A stretch of 64,000 nt of DNA from Bacteroidota bacterium (lineage in GTDB: Bacteria > Bacteroidota > Bacteroidia > Chitinophagales > LD1): positions 6,696 to 70,695 of the forward strand of contig CANJVG010000003.1 in assembly GCA_947478005.1 (NCBI GenBank), in the 5' to 3' direction. Positions 1-9,575 of this stretch are shown here, piece after piece (position 1 is the stretch's first letter; every line of letters starts with the position of its first letter). The notes below the pieces were generated by a model, which was given only the letters and a program-made list of their open reading frames with translations, ran no database searches and was not told where the DNA came from. Made by a program: the position numbers and the translations under genes.

Positions 1-181
1 CCTGGACATTCACCTTATTGCCCATGCGTATATAATGAACATCTCCACGAACAACAGCCTGAAACCAGATGCTGCAATCGTCCCCCGTTACTACATCGCC
101 TACTACAGTAGCATTTTCCGCAATAAAAGTATTGTTGCCGAATTTAGGTTCTATTCCTTTTACCGGAAGAATTAATGCCAT
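1..181 (-). CDS. Gamma carbonic anhydrase family (hexapeptide repeat) protein, N-terminal part; runs off window start
   Basis: Manual translation from ATG at 181: MALILPVKGIEPKFGNNTFIAENATVVGDVVTGDDCSIWFQAVVRGDVHYIRMGNKVNVQ, with the typical SIWF..VVRGDV..I..G..VNVQ motif. Confidence 0.9.
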   Translation of the reverse strand, partial: MALILPVKGIEPKFGNNTFIAENATVVGDVVTGDDCSIWFQAVVRGDVHYIRMGNKVNVQ

Positions 182-190
182 ACTGCAATT

Positions 191-1885
191 TTAAAACTTT
201 ACTTCTACATCCAAATCCCATCCACCTTTTAGCTGATAGTTATCTTTATAAGTGTATATCCTTTCTGCTTGTCTCTTGTTTTTAAAATCACCGGTATCCC
301 ATTCCCCGTTTTTATTCTCATCGTCAATCACCATGAATTTATAATTGCCCGCCAATATATTATCGACCGACACCTTACGTTCTCCGTTTCCGGTAAAATA
401 AAACTCCTTTACCAATTCATTATTTGCATTCAACAATCTGATTATGTAATATTTTTCGGGATGCTCTGTTTTGAGCGCAATATGAAGATTGCCGTAACTT
501 GTCTTTCCGTTTGTAGTAAACTGATAATTTATCTCTTTGTTCCACGTGCCCAAAAATCCTTGAAACATCGAGTCCGGAATTTGAAGCGTGTAATGCGTAT
601 TCTCTTTTCTGTCAAACTCAACCAAAATCGATTGCTTTGTTTTTTGATCTAAGACAAAAGTAGGGTTGACTATTTTAGTAGTCGAATCCTCGATAATCTG
701 AAGCTTCTTCTCTTCGTTTATCCTTGAAATGGGTCGGGTAAAATTTATTTTAAGCGCTCTATAAAGCTCTTGAATATTCGAATTAGTTCTCTTATTTGTA
801 TCCATTTTAGATACAGTTCCTTGATTTACAATGTCTAATGAATAGTGACTACTCTTCAGCAAACTATCCAGCTCAATGAAATGCAATTCCATCCTCAGCG
901 TATCAAATTGACTGTCATCAGCTGTGAGGAACATACTGTCAAATTTAGTATATGCCTTTGAGTACCAGTAGTTTATGGTGTCTTTTGAGTCGTTTAAGTA
1001 TGCAAAATCACCCTCCGTGTAAAAGCCCGCATCTAAATGAAAAGTCTTAATAGGCCGGTTATAATAGAACTGAAGAAATCCGGGGCTTATGGATTTTGAA
1101 TTATTCAAAGTGAGCTTTCTCTTGTCATCTTCAAATGCATAAAGATCCTGCGGTTTAGAAGTCGAGTCGGTAAGATCCAAAATAGAATCGGAGAAGGCAA
1201 TCAACTCGTTCGGCTGGTCGTAAAGGTAATTGTAGTTCGCATCCTTCAATCCGAAAATCTGATACCTGTTGGCTTTTATATTTTCAAATTTGAATAGGCC
1301 AGCCTTATCCGTTTTTGCGAAGTAGAGCGGCTTCGAATGCAGTATTCCATTTACAGAATCTGCGGGATATAGCGATACTACAATTCCTTCTTGGGGAAAA
1401 TTATCTTTTGCAAGCAACACTTTTCCGCTTATCTTTTGAGAGTCTATATAGTCTCCGGTAGAAAACACATAAGTGAAGTTGTTTGCTGTATTACCTTCAT
1501 TCAGATCCTTTATATCGTCTGCAAAGTTGATGGTATAAGTAGTGCTATCGCGCAGTTTACCTTTTAGATTTACGGTAATTGTCTTTCCCGAAACATGAAC
1601 AACCGGTTGCTTTTCGAGAGGCGGAGAAATAACTGTTTGGCCAAAACCCGTTTCCTTTAAATACTCGTTGAAGGTGATTCTAATTTTATCGGAGGTGAAG
1701 TGTAGTGCCTTATTTTGTGGGGAAATGCCCTTTACCTTTGGCGGCATTTCATCCTTTTTGCCACCTTGGGGTACGCTCTCATTTGCACAACCGAATTGAA
1801 TGATTGCGGCAATCAGCAGTCCCATCCAAATGACAATAGGACGAATCTTTAAGCCGTAATTTGCAATTGGTTCTTGGTAACTCAT
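191..1885 (-). CDS. Ig-like (Big_5-type) domain lipoprotein
   Basis: 564 aa; lipobox-like FGC followed by PQGG.KD..PP, I.ITFNEY and TYTINF motifs typical of this Bacteroidota family. Confidence 0.75.
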   Translation of the reverse strand: MSYQEPIANYGLKIRPIVIWMGLLIAAIIQFGCANESVPQGGKKDEMPPKVKGISPQNKALHFTSDKIRITFNEYLKETGFGQTVISPPLEKQPVVHVSGKTITVNLKGKLRDSTTYTINFADDIKDLNEGNTANNFTYVFSTGDYIDSQKISGKVLLAKDNFPQEGIVVSLYPADSVNGILHSKPLYFAKTDKAGLFKFENIKANRYQIFGLKDANYNYLYDQPNELIAFSDSILDLTDSTSKPQDLYAFEDDKRKLTLNNSKSISPGFLQFYYNRPIKTFHLDAGFYTEGDFAYLNDSKDTINYWYSKAYTKFDSMFLTADDSQFDTLRMELHFIELDSLLKSSHYSLDIVNQGTVSKMDTNKRTNSNIQELYRALKINFTRPISRINEEKKLQIIEDSTTKIVNPTFVLDQKTKQSILVEFDRKENTHYTLQIPDSMFQGFLGTWNKEINYQFTTNGKTSYGNLHIALKTEHPEKYYIIRLLNANNELVKEFYFTGNGERKVSVDNILAGNYKFMVIDDENKNGEWDTGDFKNKRQAERIYTYKDNYQLKGGWDLDVEVKF

Positions 1886-1888
1886 AGT

Positions 1889-3784
1889 TTATCTTCCCAT
1901 GTGCACCAGTAAGACCGAAACATCTGCAGGAGAAACTCCACTGATGCGGCTTGCCTGACCCAAGGAAGTAGGTTTTATTTTTGCCAGCTTTTGCCTCGCT
2001 TCTATGCTCAGCGACTTTAGCTTACTGTAATCATAATCGCCTTGTAGCTTTATGTCCTCCAGCTTGCCCATCTTCTGCACCAACTCCAGTTCTTTGTCGA
2101 TGTAGGCATCATATTTCATTTCTATTTCGGCCGACTCTATGATATCTTTATCGTGTCCCGAGAGGAAATCATCTGCGGCTTTTACTCCCTTACGGATGAT
2201 ATCCATATTAATCTGAGGACGCATCAATACCTTATCAAGCTTTACTTTTTGGTTCAACTCTGCGGTTCCCGCTTCGGTAAGAGTTGCATTTATTTCACTT
2301 GGCTCTACTCCATATTGGGTGAAGAATTCCCTGATTTCCTTCAGCGATTCCCTTTTTCGGTTAACCCGTTCAAGGCGTTCATCATCTGCCAGCCCGATGC
2401 TACGACCTAGCTCTGTAAGGCGCAAATCGGCATTATCCTGACGAAGCAGAATACGGAACTCTGCCCTACTCGTAAACATTCGATATGGCTCCTCGGTGCC
2501 CTTATTGGTGAGGTCATCTATCAATACACCTATGTAGGCATCGGAGCGCTTTAGAATAACAGGTTCCAACTCTTTGGCTGAGCGGCTGGCATTTATCCCC
2601 GCCATTAATCCCTGACAGGCGGCTTCTTCATAACCAGTGGTGCCGTTGATTTGTCCGGCAAAAAACAGGTTCTTTATCAACTTTGTTTCGAGGGTTAAGC
2701 CCAATTGAGTAGGGGGGAAGTAATCGTATTCAATAGCATAACCGGGACGGAACATCTTCATGTTTTCAAATCCAGCTATTTCCCGAAGGGCTTTGTGCTG
2801 AACATCCTCTGGTAGGGAGGTAGAAAAACCATTCACATAAATCTCTACCGTATTCCAACCTTCAGGCTCAACAAACAACTGATGTCTTTCTTTATCGGCA
2901 AAGCGGTCAATTTTATCCTCCACGCTTGGGCAATAACGAGGTCCTAACCCCTTTATTCTGCCAGAAAACATTGGGCTTTTATCAAACCCTGTTCTCAAAA
3001 TATCATGCACCTTCTGATTCGTATAGGTGATATGGCAACTCAGTTGCTTTGGCCTTTGGGTTTCGGTCTTGGAGCTTTCTTCAAACGGATTCATTCCCTT
3101 CTTAAAGGAGAACCCAGTTACTTCTTCATCCCCGAACTGTTCTTCCATTTTGGAATAATCCAGGCTTCTTCCATCCAATCTTGGGGGTGTTCCTGTCTTC
3201 ATTCTACCAGCTTCAAAGCCGAGTTCTACCAACTGTTCGGTGATTCCATGGGCGGCCTTCTCCCCAGCACGACCTCCGCCAAAGTTCTTTTCTCCGATAT
3301 GGATAAGTCCGTTGAGGAAGGTTCCGTTGGTTAATACCACGGATTTGGAAGGAATCTCTATCCCCATTGAAGTGCGGATTCCGCACACCTTTCCGCCCTT
3401 TATCAACAGCCCACCAACCATGTCCTGCCAGAAATCAACATTTTTAGTCTCTTCCAACATGTTTCTCCACACACTTGCGAACATCATTCTATCGTTCTGA
3501 GTGCGCGGACTCCACATTGCCGGGCCCTTACTTCGGTTCAACATTCTGAACTGCACCATGCTCTTATCGCTTACAATTCCGGAGTAGCCGCCCATGGCAT
3601 CTATTTCCCGAACTATCTGCCCTTTGGCAATTCCACCCATGGCCGGGTTACAACTCATTTGAGCAATGGTCTGCATATTCATGGTAACGAGGAGTACACT
3701 ACTGCCCATGTTGGCAGCAGCGGCAGCGGCTTCACAACCGGCATGACCCGCACCAACTACTATTACATCGTATTCCTTAAACAT
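1889..3784 (-). CDS. mnmG: tRNA uridine 5-carboxymethylaminomethyl modification enzyme MnmG (GidA)
   Basis: VVGAGHAGCEAA, MSCNPAMGG, GPRYCPSVEDK, AGQINGTTGYEEAA, EPYRMFTSRAE motifs. Confidence 0.99.
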   Translation of the reverse strand: MFKEYDVIVVGAGHAGCEAAAAAANMGSSVLLVTMNMQTIAQMSCNPAMGGIAKGQIVREIDAMGGYSGIVSDKSMVQFRMLNRSKGPAMWSPRTQNDRMMFASVWRNMLEETKNVDFWQDMVGGLLIKGGKVCGIRTSMGIEIPSKSVVLTNGTFLNGLIHIGEKNFGGGRAGEKAAHGITEQLVELGFEAGRMKTGTPPRLDGRSLDYSKMEEQFGDEEVTGFSFKKGMNPFEESSKTETQRPKQLSCHITYTNQKVHDILRTGFDKSPMFSGRIKGLGPRYCPSVEDKIDRFADKERHQLFVEPEGWNTVEIYVNGFSTSLPEDVQHKALREIAGFENMKMFRPGYAIEYDYFPPTQLGLTLETKLIKNLFFAGQINGTTGYEEAACQGLMAGINASRSAKELEPVILKRSDAYIGVLIDDLTNKGTEEPYRMFTSRAEFRILLRQDNADLRLTELGRSIGLADDERLERVNRKRESLKEIREFFTQYGVEPSEINATLTEAGTAELNQKVKLDKVLMRPQINMDIIRKGVKAADDFLSGHDKDIIESAEIEMKYDAYIDKELELVQKMGKLEDIKLQGDYDYSKLKSLSIEARQKLAKIKPTSLGQASRISGVSPADVSVLLVHMGR

Positions 3785-3840
3785 GCTGCAAATATATAGA
3801 TTAGTGATTAGTAGGATAGTGGCCCTCTCTCCATCCGAAT

Positions 3841-3856
3841 TGTGCCACGTGGAACT
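3841..3856. promoter_or_regulatory. parS-like site 1 (TGTGCCACGTGGAACT)
   Basis: 14/16 match to the palindrome TGTTCCACGTGGAACA; identical copy 72 bp downstream; next to mnmG. Confidence 0.65.
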
Positions 3857-3912
3857 GGGTTTCGTTTGTCGTCTTTCGTCTTTGGTTAATCGTTCAACAG
3901 CCCCTTCAATAA

Positions 3913-3928
3913 TGTGCCACGTGGAACT
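3913..3928. promoter_or_regulatory. parS-like site 2 (TGTGCCACGTGGAACT)
   Basis: Identical to the 16-mer at 3841-3856. Confidence 0.65.
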
Positions 3929-4034
3929 AAGTTGTTTCTTTTACCTTACGGGCTCCCTATTTGTTTAGATCATAGTCCCAAGAAGTCATCATTGAGTCGA
4001 TTTCCATTTTAAAGCACAAATAATTGACAATCAG

Positions 4035-4538
4035 CTATTTAGGCCCATTATTTACTTGTTTTGTCTTCTCCCTTTCATATTTCGCCAGCCAAACGTCTTC
4101 CATCTTCCGCATTTCGGCCTGCTGGGGCTTTGTTTTGTCTTTATATCCTAGCAAATGAAGAACCCCGTGGAATATGACACGGTGTAATTCGTCCATAAAT
4201 TCTGATTGACCGGGAAAGTCATTCGCTTTGGGCTTTGGGCTTTTAACTTTGAACTTCGCTGCGTTCTCCTTCACCCGGTCGATGCTTATGTAAATTTCAG
4301 CTTCCAACTCTTCCTCCGTTTGCACAAGGGGAAAGGTAATGATGTCGGTATAGTAATCGTGGTTGAGAAATTTTTTGTTGATGTCGAGCAGGTATTCATC
4401 AGAGCAGAAAATGAAGGAGAGGGAGACGATTTGATGATTTGACGATTCGGTGATTTGATGATTAATGAACCTGCGCAACGTCACCCGGTTTGGTAAGCTG
4501 AATTTTATATCGGCATTATGGAAGCTAATAGACATCAT
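4035..4538 (-). CDS. ybeY: rRNA maturation RNase YbeY
   Basis: LNHDYYTDIITF and HRVIFHGVLHLLGYKD metal-binding motifs. Confidence 0.97.
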   Translation of the reverse strand: MMSISFHNADIKFSLPNRVTLRRFINHQITESSNHQIVSLSFIFCSDEYLLDINKKFLNHDYYTDIITFPLVQTEEELEAEIYISIDRVKENAAKFKVKSPKPKANDFPGQSEFMDELHRVIFHGVLHLLGYKDKTKPQQAEMRKMEDVWLAKYEREKTKQVNNGPK

Positions 4539-4684
4539 ATTGATCTAGACCTGCTTTTCTTTTCAAAAATATTATTTCCTTCTGATTCTCTTGTTTGTAC
4601 GGGGATGACAAAATTAACATTGCCAGGAATTTGCTTCTATATTTGATGGTTCAATTTTAAACGAACCAAATAAAACAAGTAGTT

Positions 4685-7465
4685 ATGAATAGAATGTACT
4701 CTATTATTCTCGCTTTATGTGTTTTGCTAAGTGCCGGCAGAATGAGCGCACAAGAAATTACAAAAACAGAAATACCGGTTAGCGCAGTGAAGATTGTGAA
4801 CCTACAGGAGCGGGCAAATTATGAACTTGCCCATCCACGCGCAAAGCACAAGCGTTTCGTGGAACAAGGAGAGGATCGTGAAAAAGAATTTCGTTTTATT
4901 CCAAAACCCGTGGGGGCTGATGCCATTCATTTTGATTTGCCGGCACCAGAACATCAGCATCGCGCTGTTGTAAATTCTCCTGCTCCTTCAATTTCATTTA
5001 ACGGTACCCAGGATAACGGCACATTAATTCCTCCTGATATTAGAGGAGCTGTTGGTCCGGGCCATGTTATGGAAACAACGAATCAGGAATTTAAGATTTA
5101 CACCAAAGCAGGCTCATTAGTAAGTACGGTATCCATAACCACGTTTTTTGCTTCCACAGGAGGTAGCGGATACTTTGATCCGCATTTATTATATGATGCA
5201 ACCAACGGCCGTTGGTTAGTTTGCATTGATGGAAATGTCTCTAACGGTCACGGTGGTATGTTTGTAGGAGTTTCACAAACAAGCGACCCTACCGGAAGCT
5301 GGTATGTTTACTCTTTTGATGGAATTGGTAATTCAACCGATTTTCTTGATTACCCCTTAATGGGATACAACACAAATTGGGTAGTAATTACAGGCAACGA
5401 CTTTTTGGCTTCCGGTGCTGTAACCGGAAAAATTTATGTGATGAACCGAGCATCTATGTACAGCGGAAGCCTGGGAACCGTTTCAAGCTTTACGGATGCC
5501 AACGTTTTCTCTTTAGCCCCTGCTCAGACTTATGATGCTTCACAAACTACATTGTACATGGTGGAAGATTGGAATGGTAATTCGGGTGGAAGTGGTTTTG
5601 TAAGAATTGGAAGTATTACGGGAACCGCGAGCGCACCAGTTTACAATTCAGGAACAACAATTGGGGTAAGCCAACCATGGAGCGAAACTTCGGTAACAGC
5701 TCCTCAATCGGGAAGTACCAATAAAATTGAGTCAGGCGATACACGCATTGGCAATGCTGTTTACATTAATGGCTCATTGTGGTTCTGTCAAACAGTTTTT
5801 CTTCCAGCTACTTCTCCAACACGTGATGCCGTTCAGTGGTGGCAAGTAAATCCTGCAACACAAACGGTGCAACAATTTGGCCGGGTAGATGGCGGTTCCT
5901 CTACCGGAACATTTTATTTCTATCCAAGTATAGCAGTTAACAGCAGCGGTGATATGATGCTTGGTCATTGTCAATCGTCTAACTCTACTTTTGCCGGAGC
6001 TTCTTACTCAACCCGTGCAGCAGCAGATGCAGTTAACACAACCCAAACTCCTTATCTATACAAAGCCGGATTAGCAAGTTACTATAAAACCTTTAGCGGC
6101 ACGCGTAACCGCTGGGGTGACTACACCGGTGCTGCGGTTGACCCTTCTGACAATTCTTTTTGGAACGTGAGTGAGTGGGCAAACACGAGTAACAAGTGGG
6201 GAACCATAATTGCACGCGTAGCATTAACACCCGTTGTGCCTTGCACTGCTGTTACAGGTTTAACGACTTCCGCTGTTGCCAACAATTCCGCTACCTTTAA
6301 CTGGACCGCATCGAGTGGAGCAGTAAGCTACAATGTACAGTACCGAGCAGTTGGTGCTGCATCTTGGACTTCGGCTAATACAACGTCCACTTCCTATTCT
6401 GTTCTCGCCTTAACCGCTGGTAACAACTACGAGTGGCAGGTACAAACTGTATGCAGCACTGGAACTTCAGCTTATACTGCTTCTGCGACCTTTACCACAA
6501 CCGGAGTAGCGCCTTGCAACACACCGGCTTCTTTAAGTACTTCGGCCATTACCACCACCACAGCCACTTTTACATGGGGAGCTGTTACCGGTGCAGTAAG
6601 CTACGCTGTTAGATATAGAATTGTTGGTGCCGCCACGTGGAACTCGGGAACATCCACTACTACTTCTTATAGCGCTACCGGCCTAACCGCCACCAGCAAT
6701 TATGAATGGCAGGTTTCTACGGTTTGTTCAGCAAGCTCTTCGGCCTTCAGCAGTTCAGCTACTTTTGCTACCGCTACTCCATCTACCTGCAGCGATGTTT
6801 ATGAGTCGAACAATTCTTCGGGAACAGCCAAGACAGCACCGCTCAATGCTAACTTCAACGGTTTTATTACACCAAGCACCGATGTTGACTGGTTTAAGTT
6901 CACCACCGTTTCGCCTAACATAAAAGTGAAAGTTGACTTGACTACTTTGCCGGCAGATTATGACGTTAAATTGTATTCCTCAAACGCCAGCACGCAGTTG
7001 GGTATTTCACAAAATGGCGGTACCACCAGCGAACAGATTAAATACAACGCCACAGGCACAGGCACCTATTATGTTAAGGTTTACGGCTATGGCGGTGCTA
7101 CCAGCGCTTCTCTCTGCTATACTCTGCGCGTTTCTGTTGGTTCAACCGCTTGGGCACCTGAATATGCTACAGATGTAATTGCCAACGATAAGCCGGATAT
7201 CATAGAAGCAGAACCGGTCATGAAGGTTTTCCCTAACCCGGCCAAGGATAAAGTAACCGTGGAGTTTTTGAGCGATGTAAAGGCCAATGTGCGGCTGAAC
7301 ATTTATAACCTCAGCGGAGAAAAAGTATTGGGCAGCGAAGCCAATGCTGAAGAGGGGTTGAACACACAAACTTTGAACACCAACACACTTAGCAGTGGTG
7401 TTTATATTTTTGAAGTATATACCAATGGTGAAGCACAGCGCCAAAAGTTTACTATAGCCAAATAG
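4685..7465 (+). CDS. Secreted T9SS cargo protein: signal peptide, large unknown N-terminal domain, two FN3 domains, PPC-like domain, T9SS type A CTD
   Basis: Two FN3 repeats (W....GAVSY.V.YR..G...W; L.....YEWQV..VC); DVDWFKF/DYDVKLY/GTYYVKVYGY PPC-like motifs; C-terminal VFPNPAKD...LSSGVYI...QKFTI. Confidence 0.85.
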   Translation: MNRMYSIILALCVLLSAGRMSAQEITKTEIPVSAVKIVNLQERANYELAHPRAKHKRFVEQGEDREKEFRFIPKPVGADAIHFDLPAPEHQHRAVVNSPAPSISFNGTQDNGTLIPPDIRGAVGPGHVMETTNQEFKIYTKAGSLVSTVSITTFFASTGGSGYFDPHLLYDATNGRWLVCIDGNVSNGHGGMFVGVSQTSDPTGSWYVYSFDGIGNSTDFLDYPLMGYNTNWVVITGNDFLASGAVTGKIYVMNRASMYSGSLGTVSSFTDANVFSLAPAQTYDASQTTLYMVEDWNGNSGGSGFVRIGSITGTASAPVYNSGTTIGVSQPWSETSVTAPQSGSTNKIESGDTRIGNAVYINGSLWFCQTVFLPATSPTRDAVQWWQVNPATQTVQQFGRVDGGSSTGTFYFYPSIAVNSSGDMMLGHCQSSNSTFAGASYSTRAAADAVNTTQTPYLYKAGLASYYKTFSGTRNRWGDYTGAAVDPSDNSFWNVSEWANTSNKWGTIIARVALTPVVPCTAVTGLTTSAVANNSATFNWTASSGAVSYNVQYRAVGAASWTSANTTSTSYSVLALTAGNNYEWQVQTVCSTGTSAYTASATFTTTGVAPCNTPASLSTSAITTTTATFTWGAVTGAVSYAVRYRIVGAATWNSGTSTTTSYSATGLTATSNYEWQVSTVCSASSSAFSSSATFATATPSTCSDVYESNNSSGTAKTAPLNANFNGFITPSTDVDWFKFTTVSPNIKVKVDLTTLPADYDVKLYSSNASTQLGISQNGGTTSEQIKYNATGTGTYYVKVYGYGGATSASLCYTLRVSVGSTAWAPEYATDVIANDKPDIIEAEPVMKVFPNPAKDKVTVEFLSDVKANVRLNIYNLSGEKVLGSEANAEEGLNTQTLNTNTLSSGVYIFEVYTNGEAQRQKFTIAK

Positions 7466-7482
7466 AGCTCTCTTCATTAAAC

Positions 7483-7522
7483 ACAGAAGCCGCTTCCTCA
7501 ACAAGGAGCGGCTTCTGTTTTT
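7483..7522 (+). terminator. Intrinsic terminator after the T9SS cargo gene
   Basis: Stem ACAGAAGCCGCT/AGCGGCTTCTGT followed by a T run. Confidence 0.85.
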
Positions 7523-7540
7523 ATATCGAAATGGAATTAC

Positions 7541-7626
7541 AAAAAAAATGGCCGTCCACACACCCTATGAACGGCCAAGGGACACACCCTTAAAAAAACG
7601 GTAAACAGACACCACTCTGTTTACAT
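7541..7626 (-). ncRNA. Candidate small RNA (~85 nt)
   Basis: Minus-strand TATATTTG (-7 box) at 7638-7631, then hairpin GTAAACAGA/TCTGTTTAC, two copies of AGGGTGTGT, and terminal hairpin TGGCCGT/ACGGCCA plus a T8 run. Confidence 0.55.
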
Positions 7627-7902
7627 GATGCAAATATAGGGTAGCAGAACATTTAAATACAATGACTTTGGTCAGTTTAGGAAATTTTTGCAGTGGCCGT
7701 TGTTTATAATGGGTCGCACCCCTGCTATAAGAAACAAATAGGCATAAGGAAACCAACATAGAGTAGAGCCACCATTAAAATTTCCCTCCCACAACTTTAA
7801 TGCCGTTTTTTTTGCATGCCCGCTAATCATGTGCAAAATTTCTACCCTCCGAAATTTTAGCTAAAAATACATGCTCTCTACTTTTCATAAAAATAATCTT
7901 TT

Positions 7903-8112
7903 ATGAAAAAACCAGCATTCACTTCGCTAAGGAGAGACACGCTTCAGCTTTTTGCCAAAGACAATTCAGTTGAAACTATTGCTGCTCACTACGGCAAGAC
8001 CAAAAAGGCCATTTACAAGCGAATGGAAAAAGTGCACCAACATTTTGGGTGTACCAACTCCCTTACTGCCTACCGGTTGGCGCTACTGAGCAACAAGATG
8101 GAGTTGAAGTAA
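7903..8112 (+). CDS. Small stand-alone helix-turn-helix protein (LuxR C-terminal-like)
   Basis: 69 aa; TLQLFAKDNSVETIAAHYGKTKKAIYKRMEKVHQHFGCTN fits the LuxR/GerE-type HTH pattern; A-rich start context. Confidence 0.6.
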   Translation: MKKPAFTSLRRDTLQLFAKDNSVETIAAHYGKTKKAIYKRMEKVHQHFGCTNSLTAYRLALLSNKMELK

Positions 8113-8195
8113 GTTGCGCGGCTTCTTCTTGATGGAGCTACAGCGCTGCGCCTTTTCGGGGTAGTAATTTTACCCCTCGGAGAAGTCATGCCCCA

Positions 8196-8554
8196 TTCCG
8201 AGATTTGCCGACAGTTCTTTGTAACCATGATTTGGATTTCTGAAAGCCATTGTCGCTGTTCTGATAAGCCCTGTCGGCTTTCCGAAATGCGCTGTCGCAC
8301 TTCCGATGGGGCCGTACACCGGTGTACGGGCTTGTCAGAATGGTGTACGCCACTTATCAGAGTCGTGTACGGGGGCATCGGAAAGGTGTACGCGGGCATC
8401 GGAAAGGTGTACGCGGGCATCAGAACGGTGTACGCGGGCAGAAGATTGATGTACGCGACTCATCAGAACGGTGTACAGGGGTATGGGAACGATGCAGAGG
8501 CTTATCGGAAATGCGAATTTGTTTGTCAGAACGATGTACGGGGGCAGAAGAAGA
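8196..8554. repeat. Array A: 21-nt-period degenerate tandem array with two inverted arms
   Basis: TTCYGA at 8196, 8238, 8259, 8280, 8301; RTGTAC at 8322, 8343, 8365, 8386, 8407, 8428, 8449, 8471, 8534; palindromic centre CCGTACACC|GGTGTACGG at 8312-8329. Confidence 0.9.
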
Positions 8555-8613
8555 GCGAATGAGAGTAGAAAAACAATTTTTAAAACTTTTTATAAAACAA
8601 AACCAACAAAACA

Positions 8614-9555
8614 ATGGCACGTGATTATTCAAGTACCGATGAGTACATGGTAGAACGCAGCGAAACGCTGCAAGGATTATTTAGTGACGCAGGAAACCTT
8701 CCTGACTTTACTGCTTTTGACCCTAATCTGGATGCCGCTTTTGCAGCCCAATGGCAAACGGCTATAGATGCGGCTGTGGCAACAGTGAGTGGCGAAACGG
8801 TAGATGACCAGGTGGTTCAGCTAACACAGATAGTGGATGGTGCTATGAAGAACTGCAGGAAGAAATATATTGAAGTGAAATATTTTTTCAATCTGGCGTT
8901 TCCGGGCAATGTGGGTATTATGAAAGAAATGGGGTTGGATGATTATGTAACGGCACGCAACCGGCAAATGCGCATGGTTTTCTTTACCGAAAACCTGCAC
9001 GCTGCTGCTGAAAAAAATAAAGTTGCGTTGATAGCCGCAGGTTATTCGCAGCTTCGGATTGATGAAATAGAAACTTTCAGAGCGGCTTTACAAACCGCGA
9101 ACAAAAACCAAAACAAATTTTTGAAAGGAAGGCCAGTGTTGACGCAGGAGCGGGAGAAAATTTTCAATACCTGCTTTGGCTTTACGAATAGAGTTTGTGA
9201 TGCCGCGCTTTCGGTCTATTATGATGATGATGTGAAGGGTGGTTTGTTTGTGTTTGAACCTTCGGGCGGCAACAACAGTGAGTTTTTTGATGGTTTGATA
9301 GGAATGGGTGTAGAAAAACACGTGGATGATTTTACTTACAATGTAAACATCAAATTCATATTGACCAACACAGGAACTAACCCTCTTGAATTTCAACTCA
9401 AGGAAGCAGGCGTATTTGTGGGAAACATAGTAATGGTAGCTCCGGGTGCAACGGTTGAAAAAATGGCTACTGATTTTTTCACTTCGGGCGATAGTATATG
9501 GGTGCGCAACCCCGGCCCTGGCGATGGAAGCTATGAAATAGAAGAAACTACTTGA
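8614..9555 (+). CDS. Hypothetical cytoplasmic protein (helical N-terminal ~215 aa plus beta-rich C-terminal ~95 aa)
   Basis: 313-aa ORF with strong A-rich start context and its own terminator; no signal peptide or recognisable catalytic motif. Confidence 0.85.
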   Translation: MARDYSSTDEYMVERSETLQGLFSDAGNLPDFTAFDPNLDAAFAAQWQTAIDAAVATVSGETVDDQVVQLTQIVDGAMKNCRKKYIEVKYFFNLAFPGNVGIMKEMGLDDYVTARNRQMRMVFFTENLHAAAEKNKVALIAAGYSQLRIDEIETFRAALQTANKNQNKFLKGRPVLTQEREKIFNTCFGFTNRVCDAALSVYYDDDVKGGLFVFEPSGGNNSEFFDGLIGMGVEKHVDDFTYNVNIKFILTNTGTNPLEFQLKEAGVFVGNIVMVAPGATVEKMATDFFTSGDSIWVRNPGPGDGSYEIEETT

Positions 9556-9575
9556 AGGACACGGTAGTGGTTGAA

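Noticed and set aside
8196-8554. Arrays A-D as CRISPR arrays
   Set aside because: No constant 23-47-nt repeat with unique spacers; variable parts resemble neighbouring units; no cas genes in the window.
8070-8653. Five overlapping 60-124-aa ORFs across array A
   Set aside because: Open frames on both strands are expected from GC-rich repeats with period divisible by 3; two 22-nt steps shift the register and none has a good start context.
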